Notes: a model not told the origin generated them from the letters alone. Numbered from the stretch's first letter, positions 28,697 through 37,972 are shown. The stretch is DNA of 64,000 nucleotides from an uncultured Bacteroidaceae bacterium (GCA_964542225.1 CAZITO010000003.1:9332-73331), one strand, 5' to 3'. Program-made: numbers and translations.

Positions 28697-29323
28697 TTAT
28701 TCGGATTTTTCTTTTGATGAATTGATTTTGGGAAATATTATGGAAATCAATAGCATAAACACACCTATGGTTATGCTTGTATCTGCAAAATTAAATATGG
28801 CATTGAAAAATCTAAAATTTTCTCCTCCACATATCGGCATCCATTCCGGCCAAGTGGTATCTATGATAGGAAAGTAAAACATATCAACCACTCTACCATA
28901 AAATAAGGGCGCATATCCCTCTTTTGCAAACAAAGTAGCGGGAGCAAATATTGTGCTTTCGTTGAATATAACTCCGTAAAACACAGAATCAATAATATTG
29001 CCTACCGCACCGGCAAAAATAAGTGCAAAAGAGTATATTATAATTTTTCTTTCTCCTTTTTTTATCAACCTACTCATATAGGCAAAAATCAGTATTGAAA
29101 GTATTATACGCAAAAAGGTTAACAGAATCTTCCCAAACCTATCTCCAAAATTAACACCAAACGCCATACCTTTATTTTCCAAAAAGTGAAGCCTAAACCA
29201 ATCCAATCCGAAAACCTTTATATCGTCTCCAATAGCAAAATGGGTTTTGATATAGATTTTTATCGCTTGGTCTATAATCAAAATCAGAACAATAAGAAGT
29301 AAGGGCTTCTTTAAATCTTTCAT
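28697..29323 (-). CDS. lspA: Lipoprotein signal peptidase (signal peptidase II)
   Basis: 208 aa. NKGMAFGV, GAVGNIIDS and VVDMFYF...FNFADTSITIGV are LspA signature blocks. Confidence 0.85.
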   Translation of the reverse strand: MKDLKKPLLLIVLILIIDQAIKIYIKTHFAIGDDIKVFGLDWFRLHFLENKGMAFGVNFGDRFGKILLTFLRIILSILIFAYMSRLIKKGERKIIIYSFALIFAGAVGNIIDSVFYGVIFNESTIFAPATLFAKEGYAPLFYGRVVDMFYFPIIDTTWPEWMPICGGENFRFFNAIFNFADTSITIGVFMLLISIIFPKINSSKEKSE

Positions 29324-29373
29324 TAAAAAAATAACTCTATAAAATACTCTCTTTTTTTATACTCTTGTGAGTA

Positions 29374-29766
29374 CTATCTGCCATTTTTATTTTGTTGCAT
29401 CTTGGCCTCTATACTCAAAGTTGCATGAGGAACAAGTTTTAACCTTTCCTTTGGAATAAGTTTACCTGTTACTCTGCATATTCCGTATGTTTTATTTTCA
29501 ATTCTTACAAGAGCCGCTTCCAAGTCTTTTATATATTTTTGTTGGCGTAGAGCCAAACGTGCATTCTCTTCCTTAAGTTGTACGTTGGTACTTTCTTCCT
29601 CCATAGCCTTAAATACAGGAGAGGTATCATCCGTACCATTTGCGTTAGAGTGAAACGCTTCCGCCTTTAATTCTTCCAAATTAGCCTTTGCTACTTTTAA
29701 TTTGGATATTATCAGCTCTTTAAACTCTTGCAATTCTTCATCAGAGTATCGTGTTTTCTCATTCAT
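29374..29766 (-). CDS. DksA/TraR-family protein
   Basis: 130 aa. It has a coiled-coil N-part and the C-terminal IENKTYGICRVTGKLIPKERLKLVPHATL typical of Bacteroidota DksA/TraR-like proteins. Confidence 0.7.
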   Translation of the reverse strand: MNEKTRYSDEELQEFKELIISKLKVAKANLEELKAEAFHSNANGTDDTSPVFKAMEEESTNVQLKEENARLALRQQKYIKDLEAALVRIENKTYGICRVTGKLIPKERLKLVPHATLSIEAKMQQNKNGR

Positions 29767-30029
29767 TTCTTTGTCTCTCTACAAATTTAATGGTGCAAAA
29801 TTATAAAAATAATTGCAAACAATGTTTTATATGTTATAAAAAACACAAATATTTTTACTTCAACAATAAAAATTTGATATAGTAAATATATTTTGATACG
29901 TTAATATGTTTTGTCAAACTAAAAAAAACATATAAAACTCATAGTTTCGCACTCGCAACAATGCAAAAAAAACAAACACTGAAATTTATTCAATGTTTGT
30001 TCCTTTTTTTTGTTAATGTTGTTCGAGGC

Positions 30030-30677
30030 TTATTTCATTATTTTTTTGCCTTCAGACCATGCACCACCGACTTTTTCTCCTACTACTCTATAATAGTTTT
30101 TGCTACTATCAAACATTATAGGTTGTAATTTGTCTAAATCAACATTGCCGTTTTCGTCAAGTATGCTTTCATCTGCTTGCATATTGACAATTTCTCCCAC
30201 AACGCGAGTTTCGTTTAATGATGTTTTTTGTATTTCAACAACCTTGCACTCCACAGTCAAAGGATATTCAACAATTACAGGTGCATCTACAAATTTGCTT
30301 TTCTCTACGTGCATACCTGCTTTTTCAATCTTTTTAGGTTCTTTTTTTGCAGATATGATGCCAAAATAATCGCTTTCAGCAACGTGCTTTTTGTCAGCAA
30401 AACTTACCGTAAAAGCTTTCTTTAATTCAATGTTTTCCGTTGTTTGATGGTTGCTAAGATTAAAACAAATGTGTTTAGGACCACACTGACCGCCCCAAGC
30501 GGCATTCATTGCATCCGGGTTGCCATTTGCGTCATAAGTCGCTATTATCAACACAGGTAACGGTGTTATAACGGCTTTGTTTGTAAAATTTTTCTTTGTA
30601 CTCTTCATAGTTGTTTGTGCATTTAAAATTGTTATACCTATTATTAAGGCACTTACTATTAAAATAAATCTTTTCAT
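30030..30677 (-). CDS. Flavin reductase-like (FMN-binding split-barrel) protein with a signal peptide
   Basis: The start is placed at MKRFILIVSALIIG. The core PVLIIATYDANGNPDAMNAAWGG...HQTTENI...FTVSF fits flavin reductase-like domain proteins. Confidence 0.6.
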   Translation of the reverse strand: MKRFILIVSALIIGITILNAQTTMKSTKKNFTNKAVITPLPVLIIATYDANGNPDAMNAAWGGQCGPKHICFNLSNHQTTENIELKKAFTVSFADKKHVAESDYFGIISAKKEPKKIEKAGMHVEKSKFVDAPVIVEYPLTVECKVVEIQKTSLNETRVVGEIVNMQADESILDENGNVDLDKLQPIMFDSSKNYYRVVGEKVGGAWSEGKKIMK

Positions 30678-30830
30678 ATTAAAATATGTTAAACTCATTA
30701 TTCAACGCAAGAATCAAATATTTTATTGCATAAATATTTTTGTCGTTATAAAACCACAAAGTATAAAACACAAAAAACATCCCTATTTCAAGGATGTTTT
30801 ATTATTGTATAAGATGAATTAAAAATTATT

Positions 30831-31409
30831 TTATAATTTAACCAATCCTGCAAAGCCCATAAATGCCATTGCAAGAATGCCGGCAGAAATAAGAGATATA
30901 GGTGCTCCCTTCATTCCTTTTGGCATATCCATCAATTCCAAATGTTCTCTTATTCCAGCAAAAATTATCAGTGCAAGAGTAAAGCCCACGGCAATAGAAA
31001 AACTATACATCAAACCTTGTAAAAGAGCAAACTCTTTTTGAATAACAACAATTGCAATACCCAACACTGCACAATTTGTAGTTATAAGCGGAAGAAAAAC
31101 TCCCAAAGATTGATACAAGGCGGGAGATATTTTTTTGAGTACTATTTCAACCATTTGCACCAGAGCGGCAATAACAAGTATAAACATTATTGTTTGCAAA
31201 AACTCAAGATGTAAAGGTACTAAAAGATAGTACTGTATAGGGTAAGTAACCAAAGTGGCTAATGTCATCACAAAAACAACAGCCAACCCCATACCTGTTG
31301 CCGTACTTACCTTATTGGAAACTCCCAAAAAAGGACAAATACCCAAGAATTGACTCAAAACCACATTACTTACAAAAACTGCAAAAATAAAAATCTTTAA
31401 ATATTCCAT
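30831..31409 (-). CDS. rnfA: Rnf/Rsx electron transport complex subunit A
   Basis: 192 aa. MEYLKIFIFAVFVSNVVLSQFLGICPFLGVS...VFLPLITTNCAVLG is the RnfA/NqrE-type signature. Confidence 0.85.
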   Translation of the reverse strand: MEYLKIFIFAVFVSNVVLSQFLGICPFLGVSNKVSTATGMGLAVVFVMTLATLVTYPIQYYLLVPLHLEFLQTIMFILVIAALVQMVEIVLKKISPALYQSLGVFLPLITTNCAVLGIAIVVIQKEFALLQGLMYSFSIAVGFTLALIIFAGIREHLELMDMPKGMKGAPISLISAGILAMAFMGFAGLVKL

Positions 31410-31431
31410 AATTTCACATATTTTTAAGTTG

Positions 31432-31439
31432 CAAAGTTA
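31432..31439 (-). promoter_or_regulatory. -7 box TAACTTTG upstream of rnfA
   Basis: The minus strand reads TTACTAACTTTGCAACTTAAAAATATGTGAAATT-ATG. Confidence 0.5.
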
Positions 31440-31545
31440 GTAAAATAAAATAAACTTGTATTTATATTTTCTTACTTTTTTATAGAAAAAGAATTTTTAT
31501 TGTTTGTTTTTGAGTTGAAAATTTTAAGTTTTAAGTATTTTGACT

Positions 31546-31553
31546 TATCTTTG
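31546..31553 (+). promoter_or_regulatory. -7 box TATCTTTG upstream of tpiA
   Basis: GACTTATCTTTGCAAAACA lies about 50 nt before the tpiA ATG. Confidence 0.55.
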
Positions 31554-31600
31554 CAAAACAAGAATGTTAACATAATAAGTAATTAAAAAGAGATATAACA

Positions 31601-32359
31601 ATGAGAAGAAATATAGTAGCTGGCAATTGGAAGATGAATAAAAACTTTGCCGAAGCGGATGACCTTATAAATTCCATAGAAGAAACCCTTAGGCAATATG
31701 ACACCACGGATGTGGATATTATAGTTTGTCCGCCTTTCCCTTATTTGGAATTGGTTAGTGATGTAAGCGAGGATGCAAACTTTTTTGTGGGTGCTCAGAA
31801 TGTTGCAAAATTTGATAATGGAGCCTATACTGGGGAAATTTCAGCCTCTATGTTGAAGAGTATGGCGGTGGACTACTGTATAGTAGGGCATAGCGAAAGA
31901 AGAAAATACTTCTTTGAGACTAATCAAGATATTGCTCTCAAAATAGATTTGTTGTTAAAAGAAGATATTACCCCAATAATTTGTGTGGGAGAAAGTTTGG
32001 AAGAAAGAGAGTGTGGAAAACACTTTGAGATAATACGCAAACAAGTGGAAGAGGGAATATTTCATCTTAAAGCAGAGGATATGCAAAGATGTATAATTGC
32101 CTACGAACCTGTTTGGGCAATAGGTACGGGAAAGACAGCCACAAAAGAGCAAGCACAAGAAATACACGCTTTTATTCGCAGGCTTATAGAGGAAAAATAT
32201 AATGACGATGTTGCACAAGAGGTTTCTATTCTTTACGGAGGAAGTTGTAATCCAAAAAATGCTTCTGAGTTGTTTTCAATGAAGGATGTAGATGGAGGAC
32301 TTATAGGTGGGGCATCTTTAAAGGCCAAAGACTTTATTGAAATTGCTTGTAGTTTCTAA
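31601..32359 (+). CDS. tpiA: Triosephosphate isomerase
   Basis: 252 aa with VAGNWKMN, CPPFPYL, IVGHSERR, AYEPVWAIGTG and GGASLK signatures. Confidence 0.95.
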   Translation: MRRNIVAGNWKMNKNFAEADDLINSIEETLRQYDTTDVDIIVCPPFPYLELVSDVSEDANFFVGAQNVAKFDNGAYTGEISASMLKSMAVDYCIVGHSERRKYFFETNQDIALKIDLLLKEDITPIICVGESLEERECGKHFEIIRKQVEEGIFHLKAEDMQRCIIAYEPVWAIGTGKTATKEQAQEIHAFIRRLIEEKYNDDVAQEVSILYGGSCNPKNASELFSMKDVDGGLIGGASLKAKDFIEIACSF

Positions 32360-32436
32360 AATATTTTGTTCTTTTTCTTTCCTTGCAATGTAAAAAAAAC
32401 AGACATTGCAAGGAAAGATTTATATTGTTTTTATAG

Positions 32437-33273
32437 ATGAATTACATACAAGTTTCTTTTTTTATAAATGGAGAAAAAGACTGGAGGATAGAGTTATTTA
32501 AAGACGCTTTGTTAGAAGTCGGGTTTGAAAGTTTTGTTGATAACGAAAATGGTTTTGATGCCTATGCGCCACAAAAAGATTTTAAAGAATGTTTAATACC
32601 GCAAATAATAGACACCTCCTTTTTTGACGATAAAAATAAAATAAAATATTCTTCCAAATTGATAGAAGACCAAAATTGGAATTCCTTATGGGAAGAGACT
32701 TCTCCAAGTGTAAAATTTGATAACAGGTGTCTTATTCGTAAGAGTACCCAACCACAAGGAAATACTTTGTACGATATTATAATCAATCCCCGTCAAAGTT
32801 TTGGCACAGCCACACACCCTACTACTTATATGATAATAGATTTGCTTTTGTCTATGAATATGAGAGACAAACAAGTTATGGATATGGGCTGTGGTACAGG
32901 AGTTTTGGGAATACTTGCAAAAAAAATGGGAGCCGACTATGTAGAGGCTATTGATATAGACTCTTGGGCTTTTCAAAATACTTTGGACAACGCTTTGGCA
33001 AATGATGTACAAATAGTTGTCAAACAGGGCGGTTCTGAAGTTATAAGCAGAGAAAAAGAATTTGATGTTTTTATAGCAAATATAAACCTTAATATTCTAA
33101 AAGAAAACCTCCCTCTCTACAACAAACATATAAAGAAAGGTGGAATATTGATATTGAGTGGTTTTTATCAAGAGGATATTAAAGAAATGGAAAAATTTAC
33201 TTCCAATTTTGGTTACAAACTAATAAATACAAAAGAAAAGGACTCTTGGGCTTTAATGCTTTTGCAGGCATGA
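32437..33273 (+). CDS. prmA: Ribosomal protein L11 methyltransferase
   Basis: 278 aa with the FGTATHPTT and DMGCGTGVLGI (SAM-binding) motifs and the PrmA N-domain. It ends in TGA. Confidence 0.85.
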   Translation: MNYIQVSFFINGEKDWRIELFKDALLEVGFESFVDNENGFDAYAPQKDFKECLIPQIIDTSFFDDKNKIKYSSKLIEDQNWNSLWEETSPSVKFDNRCLIRKSTQPQGNTLYDIIINPRQSFGTATHPTTYMIIDLLLSMNMRDKQVMDMGCGTGVLGILAKKMGADYVEAIDIDSWAFQNTLDNALANDVQIVVKQGGSEVISREKEFDVFIANINLNILKENLPLYNKHIKKGGILILSGFYQEDIKEMEKFTSNFGYKLINTKEKDSWALMLLQA

Positions 33274-33313
33274 TTTTTTATTTGTATTCTCTATCTGTTG
33301 CTACACAAGTAGC

Positions 33314-33832
33314 CTATAAATAAATATCAATAAGTCCCTCGGGTGCTTTAATTTTTATGACTTTGTTGTTTCTGTCTACTTCTTTAATAACTTCATCAAT
33401 GATAGGCATAAGAATTTCTTTTCCTTTATTGTCTATGGACATTATGGGTTGAGTCGTATTGTCATATATTTCTTTTACAATTCCTATATTTCCCTTTTCT
33501 TCATCCACTACACTGTAACCTATAATTTCATGAAAATAAAATTTGTTTCCCTCCAATTTTGGCAACATTTCCAATGGAAGATACAAATCCCTGCCTATCA
33601 ACAAATTGCTTTCCTCTACTGTAACATCGGCAAATTTTACAACAACTTTATTTGCGTGCGGTCTTATGGATTCTATATTGTATTTGACCAAACGCTTATT
33701 TATTTCAATATAAACAAAGTCCAAATCCAAATATTCCTCAGGTTCATCAACATCAAAAAACAAAACCAACTCTCCTTTGTATGAAAAAGGTTTTGCAACC
33801 CTACCCAAATAAAAACAATCTTTCTTTGTCAT
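33314..33832 (-). CDS. rimM: 16S rRNA processing protein RimM
   Basis: The start is placed at MTKKDCFYLGRVAKPFSYKGEL (G-x-V-x-x-x-x-G-x-x-G-E pattern). It has a PRC-barrel C-domain and lies directly downstream of rpsP. Confidence 0.8.
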   Translation of the reverse strand: MTKKDCFYLGRVAKPFSYKGELVLFFDVDEPEEYLDLDFVYIEINKRLVKYNIESIRPHANKVVVKFADVTVEESNLLIGRDLYLPLEMLPKLEGNKFYFHEIIGYSVVDEEKGNIGIVKEIYDNTTQPIMSIDNKGKEILMPIIDEVIKEVDRNNKVIKIKAPEGLIDIYL

Positions 33833-33905
33833 ATTATGTTGTTTATCAAAAAAGGCTGTTGTTATTTCTTTGATAACAACAGCCACTAAAAATTTATACC
33901 ATTAA

Positions 33906-34451
33906 CTATTCTGCTTGAGATGGTGTTTCGGAAGTGTTTTCTGCACTTTCTTCGGTAGTAGCCTGTGCCTGTTCTGCTTGTTTTGCTACTGCTGCCGCTC
34001 TTTTTTCTGCAAGAGTTTGTGCTTTCTTTTGATTTACTTCCTCTTCGTGTTTAAGGGCTTCTTTTCTACGAGCAATTTTATCACTATTCAATTTAGAAAC
34101 CTTTTCTGCCATTTGTTTCTCCTTTTGCTCCATAAAGTCTGCATATCTTTTATCTGCAACCTCTTGTGAAAAAGCACCTTTTTCTACTCCTCTTAGTAGG
34201 TGATATTTGTACAATACCCCTTTAAATCTTAGCAAGGAACGAACCGTATCCGTAGGTTGAGCACCATTGTGCAACCAAGTACATGCTCTATCTGCGTTAA
34301 CAACCACAGTTGCCGGATTGGTCAATGGGTTGTATGTTCCTATTTTTTCTATAAATTTTCCGTCACGTGCTGCACGAGCATCCGCAATTACTATATGATA
34401 AAAAGGTTGTCCTTTCTTACCATGTCTCTGTAATCTAATCTTTACTGCCAT
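33906..34451 (-). CDS. rpsP: 30S ribosomal protein S16 with a Lys/Ala/Glu-rich C-terminal extension
   Basis: MAVKIRLQRHGKKGQPFYHIVIADARAARDGKFIEKIGTYNP is canonical S16. About 95 extra low-complexity residues follow. Confidence 0.9.
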   Translation of the reverse strand: MAVKIRLQRHGKKGQPFYHIVIADARAARDGKFIEKIGTYNPLTNPATVVVNADRACTWLHNGAQPTDTVRSLLRFKGVLYKYHLLRGVEKGAFSQEVADKRYADFMEQKEKQMAEKVSKLNSDKIARRKEALKHEEEVNQKKAQTLAEKRAAAVAKQAEQAQATTEESAENTSETPSQAE

Positions 34452-34527
34452 TTTTATTTATATTTAATTATTTCAGTCTGCAAAATTAGTATTTTTATAC
34501 ATACCCACCAAATTATATCACAAAAAA

Positions 34528-36138
34528 TTACCAAACCTCTTCCACATCCCACGACTTTCGTACATTGATAGGCTTTGGAAAAAATAAAACTTTTTCGGCT
34601 TGTTGGTGCTGAAAAAAATTGTTGCCGTCCCATTTTCCATTTGTATTTTCGTCTATTATGGCTCGGAGTTTATATTTGCCCTCTTTTAAATAATCAAAAG
34701 TCAAAACACTATCCAAAGTAATCAGGTTATTACCAACTTGTGCCCCTTTCTCGTCAAAAAGAGTGTATATTATTTGCTTATTTTTCAGTAAAGTGTCCTT
34801 TATATTAAAAATAAGTTTTGAGTAGTCATTTGCCTTATCCGTTGAAAAATCTACAACCAATTTTTCGTTTGTTTCTCCTCTAAAATTATTTACAACATTG
34901 GAATCTATAACAAGTCGGTAGTTTTTATTTTCTTTCAATTTATAATCGCTAATCAATTGTTTATCATTATCAGTTTTTGAGTAAAAATCAATAAAAGAGG
35001 AATCTGTTGCGGTTTTTATTTCTGCTCTTATTGGCAAGATAGCCTTGTCTATGGGAAAAGGAATATTCAAAGTCAAAGAATCATAGTAAGCCAAATCCTT
35101 GCTTGGTAAAGAAAAAGCAAAAGTACTATCTTTGTTTTTCTTCTTTGAAGTATATGTAAGTTCGGTTTCTTCCACAAAATTTTTATCCGCAATTTTCAAA
35201 CTTACACTATCAAACTTGCCTTTGTCAATAATATAAACGTTTACTTGTGAAGAGGTATCGGTAAGTTTTTTGTTGATAATAAAATTGTCGGTCTGTGGTT
35301 TTGTAAAAGTTATTTGCAAACTATCGCTAACGGGTCGCGAAAAAGAAAGAAAAATTTCTTTTTCAGATAAAAATTTTGCTTCCGAAAGTTTCATAACGCT
35401 ATCCTTTGCCGTGGTAAAATACAGAGTATCTCCTTTAAAAAGAGTATCATTGTTTTTTTTCGCTTCCACCCTTTGCGAGGCAAAGGCTATGGACTCGGTT
35501 GCTAAATCATATATCAAATTGTTATTATTGTCCTCATAGGCGAGTAAGTAATAATTTCCCTGCTTGATATTATGAAAAAAAAACCTTCCCAAACTATCGC
35601 TTCTTGTTATGTAATTGGGAATTTGGCTTGTCTGAATTTGTTTATCAGAGGAGGAATATAATGCCACGTATTTATTTTTTTCTGCTTTTAGAGTGTAGGC
35701 ATTGAGCAAACGTCCATAATAGGTCATTGTATCTATTTCCTCTCCTGTAGAGAAAGAAAAAACAAAGTTGGCTATAGGATTACCTTCATTAAAATCCCTA
35801 ATAGCGTCAGAAAAATCAAATATGTAAGTGGTATTTTCCTTTAAAGAATCCAATCCCTTAATATATAGTGTTTTCAGTTTGGAACTTATATCGGGTTTAT
35901 TTTTTAAGGGGGGAGATATTATCAGTTTTTCCGAAGCGTTCTCCAATGTTATATATTCGTCAAAATCTATTTTTATTTCCTTTGCATTGAAATTTGTGGA
36001 ATTTGAAGTTGGCACGCTTCTAACAATTTTGGGAGGTTCAATATCTTTTTCGCCCCCTTTTGGCACAACCACTCTTGCACAAGAATACACCAAAAACAAG
36101 ATAAGTGTAATAAAAAGTGTATGTATGTATTTTTTCAT
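34528..36138 (-). CDS. Lipoprotein with an Ig-like (SbsA-type) N-domain, function unknown
   Basis: 536 aa. It has a lipobox LVYSC and DIEPPKIVRSVPTSNSTNFNAKEIKIDFDEYI, typical of Ig-like domain lipoproteins. Confidence 0.5.
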   Translation of the reverse strand: MKKYIHTLFITLILFLVYSCARVVVPKGGEKDIEPPKIVRSVPTSNSTNFNAKEIKIDFDEYITLENASEKLIISPPLKNKPDISSKLKTLYIKGLDSLKENTTYIFDFSDAIRDFNEGNPIANFVFSFSTGEEIDTMTYYGRLLNAYTLKAEKNKYVALYSSSDKQIQTSQIPNYITRSDSLGRFFFHNIKQGNYYLLAYEDNNNNLIYDLATESIAFASQRVEAKKNNDTLFKGDTLYFTTAKDSVMKLSEAKFLSEKEIFLSFSRPVSDSLQITFTKPQTDNFIINKKLTDTSSQVNVYIIDKGKFDSVSLKIADKNFVEETELTYTSKKKNKDSTFAFSLPSKDLAYYDSLTLNIPFPIDKAILPIRAEIKTATDSSFIDFYSKTDNDKQLISDYKLKENKNYRLVIDSNVVNNFRGETNEKLVVDFSTDKANDYSKLIFNIKDTLLKNKQIIYTLFDEKGAQVGNNLITLDSVLTFDYLKEGKYKLRAIIDENTNGKWDGNNFFQHQQAEKVLFFPKPINVRKSWDVEEVW

Positions 36139-36145
36139 GTAAATT

Positions 36146-37051
36146 TTATTGTGATATAACGGTGCCTTTATCGGAAATTGTTACCTTTGATTTTCTGCCA
36201 TGTATAAAAGCGTGGTTATCTTTTCCTATATGACCTATTGGCAAATCAAAAGCAATGGGAATATTATAATCTTGCATAACATCCAAAATAATTTCTTTGT
36301 AATTCTTGCCAAAAGGAATATTATTATCATGCATATCCACAAATTGTCCTACAAGTAAAGCCTTTATATTTTTCAACTTGTCTGCTCGTTTCAAGCCAAT
36401 GAGCATACGGTCTATGTGATACAAATATTCATCTAAATCCTCTATAAAAAGTATTTTACCTTCCGTGGAACCAAAACTTTTTGAACCCAAAAGTGAATAG
36501 ATTACCGACAAATTACCTCCTATCAAATCGCCTTCGACCTCTCCATAAATATTGTTGTTATCGTATGGAGCAATTATTTCATTTGAGTTATTAAACAAGA
36601 TATTTCTCAAACTTTCGTATGCAACACAATTTTCATTATCCTTTATATTGATAGGCATAATACCATGAATGCTTTCTATACCACAATTAAAATACAAGTG
36701 CATAAGCATAGAGGTTATATCCGAATAGCCCACTATCCATTTTGGTGTGGCAGACAATTTTTCGTAATTTATAATATCCAATATTCTTGTTGTCCCGTAT
36801 CCTCCTCTTGCACATATCAGTGCTTTTATTTCTTTTGTGTCCAACAACTGCTGAAAGTCCTCGGCTCTTTCCTTATCACTTGCCGAAAACTGATAGTGTC
36901 CCTTTGCTATACTTTTGCCTATGGTGGTAGAAAGTCCCCAAGAAGCAAAAAGTTGTATGGAGGGAAAAATTTCCGGTATACTTATTTTGCGAGCAGGTGC
37001 CGTTATGGCAACCTTATCTTCCAATTTGAGATTTTGCGGTGTTTTTGCCAT
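36146..37051 (-). CDS. ldcA: LD-carboxypeptidase (peptidase S66)
   Basis: The start is placed at MAKTPQNLKLEDKVAI, downstream of a minus-strand TATTTTTG box at about 37074-37081. GYSDITSM (nucleophile Ser), ARGGYG and a C-terminal H fit the S66 family. Confidence 0.8.
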   Translation of the reverse strand: MAKTPQNLKLEDKVAITAPARKISIPEIFPSIQLFASWGLSTTIGKSIAKGHYQFSASDKERAEDFQQLLDTKEIKALICARGGYGTTRILDIINYEKLSATPKWIVGYSDITSMLMHLYFNCGIESIHGIMPINIKDNENCVAYESLRNILFNNSNEIIAPYDNNNIYGEVEGDLIGGNLSVIYSLLGSKSFGSTEGKILFIEDLDEYLYHIDRMLIGLKRADKLKNIKALLVGQFVDMHDNNIPFGKNYKEIILDVMQDYNIPIAFDLPIGHIGKDNHAFIHGRKSKVTISDKGTVISQ

Positions 37052-37140
37052 CGGAATAACGATATATTTTTTGCAAAAATACAACTATTCTCAAAAATAA
37101 AATTCTCAAAAAAATAAAAATCGTTAACAAACAGGTTAAA

Positions 37141-37250
37141 ACATTTTACCGCAACTTGTGCTAACTCATTATAACCTATAAAAAGCCTCAAAAAACGACT
37201 CCGTCCTCTGCCAACTTATAACCTCTGCTAACCCATAAAAAACAAAAGAA
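37141..37250 (-). repeat. Dispersed intergenic repeat family, locus C (inverted relative to loci A and B)
   Basis: The reverse complement reads TTTTTTATGGGTTAGCAGAGGTTATAAGTTGGCAGAGG...GGCTTTTTATAGGTTATAATGAGTTAGCACAAGTT. It shares the TTATGGGTT / ATAGGTT / AAGTTAG / GGCAGAG blocks with 23576-23700 and 37671-37805. Confidence 0.55.
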
Positions 37251-37261
37251 AAACAAAAAAA

Positions 37262-37412
37262 TCGGTTTACTGATTATCAACAAGTTACAAAATAAAAAGT
37301 TGCACGTGTTTGGTCAGGTCGCAGAATCTTCGTAACTTTGCATAGAGAAATACCCCTATCACAAAAATCTCAATTTTTGCCCTCGTAACTACTTGATAAT
37401 CAGTAAAAACGA
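37262..37412. repeat. Imperfect inverted repeats (37262-37288 and 37385-37412; 12-bp perfect core ACTGATTATCAA / TTGATAATCAGT) flanking a 96-bp promoter-bearing segment
   Basis: The left arm is TCGGTTTACTGATTATCAACAAGTTAC. The reverse complement of the right arm is TCGTTTTTACTGATTATCAAGTAGTTAC. They differ by 3 mismatches and 1 gap over about 27 bp. Confidence 0.6.
37309..37340 (+). promoter_or_regulatory. Strong consensus-like promoter (-33 TTTG at 37309-37312, 20-nt spacer, -7 TAACTTTG at 37333-37340) inside the inverted-repeat pair
   Basis: GTGTTTGGTCAGGTCGCAGAATCTTCGTAACTTTGCATAG. The spacing matches the Bacteroidota sigma-A type promoter. Confidence 0.55.
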
Positions 37413-37471
37413 ATCGGCGTTTTATTTTATCGAAACGCCGATTCGTCGAAATGAAACGCCGATTCATTTTT
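37409..37471 (+). other. Triple repeat able to form two alternative hairpins (14-bp stem 37409-37422/37433-37446, or pairing with the third copy 37454-37465 followed by ATTTTT)
   Basis: ACGAATCGGCGTTT, then a 10-nt loop, then AAACGCCGATTCGT, then AAACGCCGATTC-ATTTTT. It lies immediately downstream of the 37333 promoter. Confidence 0.55.
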
Positions 37472-37570
37472 GTGAAACGGGCGAAGAAAAAAAAATTCCT
37501 TCAAAAAACCTCTCGAAAACGCTGATTTTCACGATTTTTGCCCGATTTTGACCCTTTGAAAAAGGTTAAC

Positions 37571-37592
37571 TCATTGATAATCAATAGTAGCA
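37571..37592. repeat. Third copy of the TTGATAATCA inverted-repeat core
   Basis: CTCATTGATAATCAATAGTAGC has the same orientation as the 37385-37412 arm and matches the ACTGATTATCAA core complement at 11 of 12 positions. Confidence 0.45.
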
Positions 37593-37670
37593 CCCCTATT
37601 TTTGAATTATAAATGTATATCAATTAAATTTTCTGAAAAATATTTTTCAGCTCAGGCTCAGCCTGTTTTA

Positions 37671-37805
37671 TAGGGGCAAAGCCATTACTTTTTGGCTCTT
37701 TTTCATGGGTTGACATAGGTTAAAATGAGTTGTGATAAGTTAGCATAAGGGCAGAGCCATTGCTTTTTTATTGGTTGTTATGAGTTGTAATAAGTTAGTG
37801 GGAGT
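37671..37805 (+). repeat. Dispersed intergenic repeat family, locus B (two units)
   Basis: TAGGGGCAAAGCCATTACTTTTT...TTTTTCATGGGTTGACATAGGTTAAAATGAGTTGTGATAAGTTAGCATAAGGGCAGAGCCATTGCTTTTTTATTGGTTGTTATGAGTTGTAATAAGTTAG. Confidence 0.65.
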
Positions 37806-37869
37806 TTTTATAATAAACTATCAAAACCATTTTTATTTTGCTAATACTTGCCATAATTAAAAAAAATAC

Positions 37870-37877
37870 TATCTTTG
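37870..37877 (+). promoter_or_regulatory. -7 box TATCTTTG upstream of the POT transporter gene
   Basis: AATACTATCTTTGCACG lies about 95 nt before the ATG at 37973. Confidence 0.5.
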
Positions 37878-37972
37878 CACGTATTTTTGTTTTTTAGGTT
37901 TAGTTTTTGGCAGGTAGTTTTTTTTACAAATTTTTGAAAAATAATTAATAACAATAAATAAACAATAGAACT

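Noticed and set aside
28218-28877. 219-aa plus-strand ORF
   Set aside because: It is antisense to the CNNM/GldE-like and lspA genes, both of which have strong family motifs. It has no promoter or start context.
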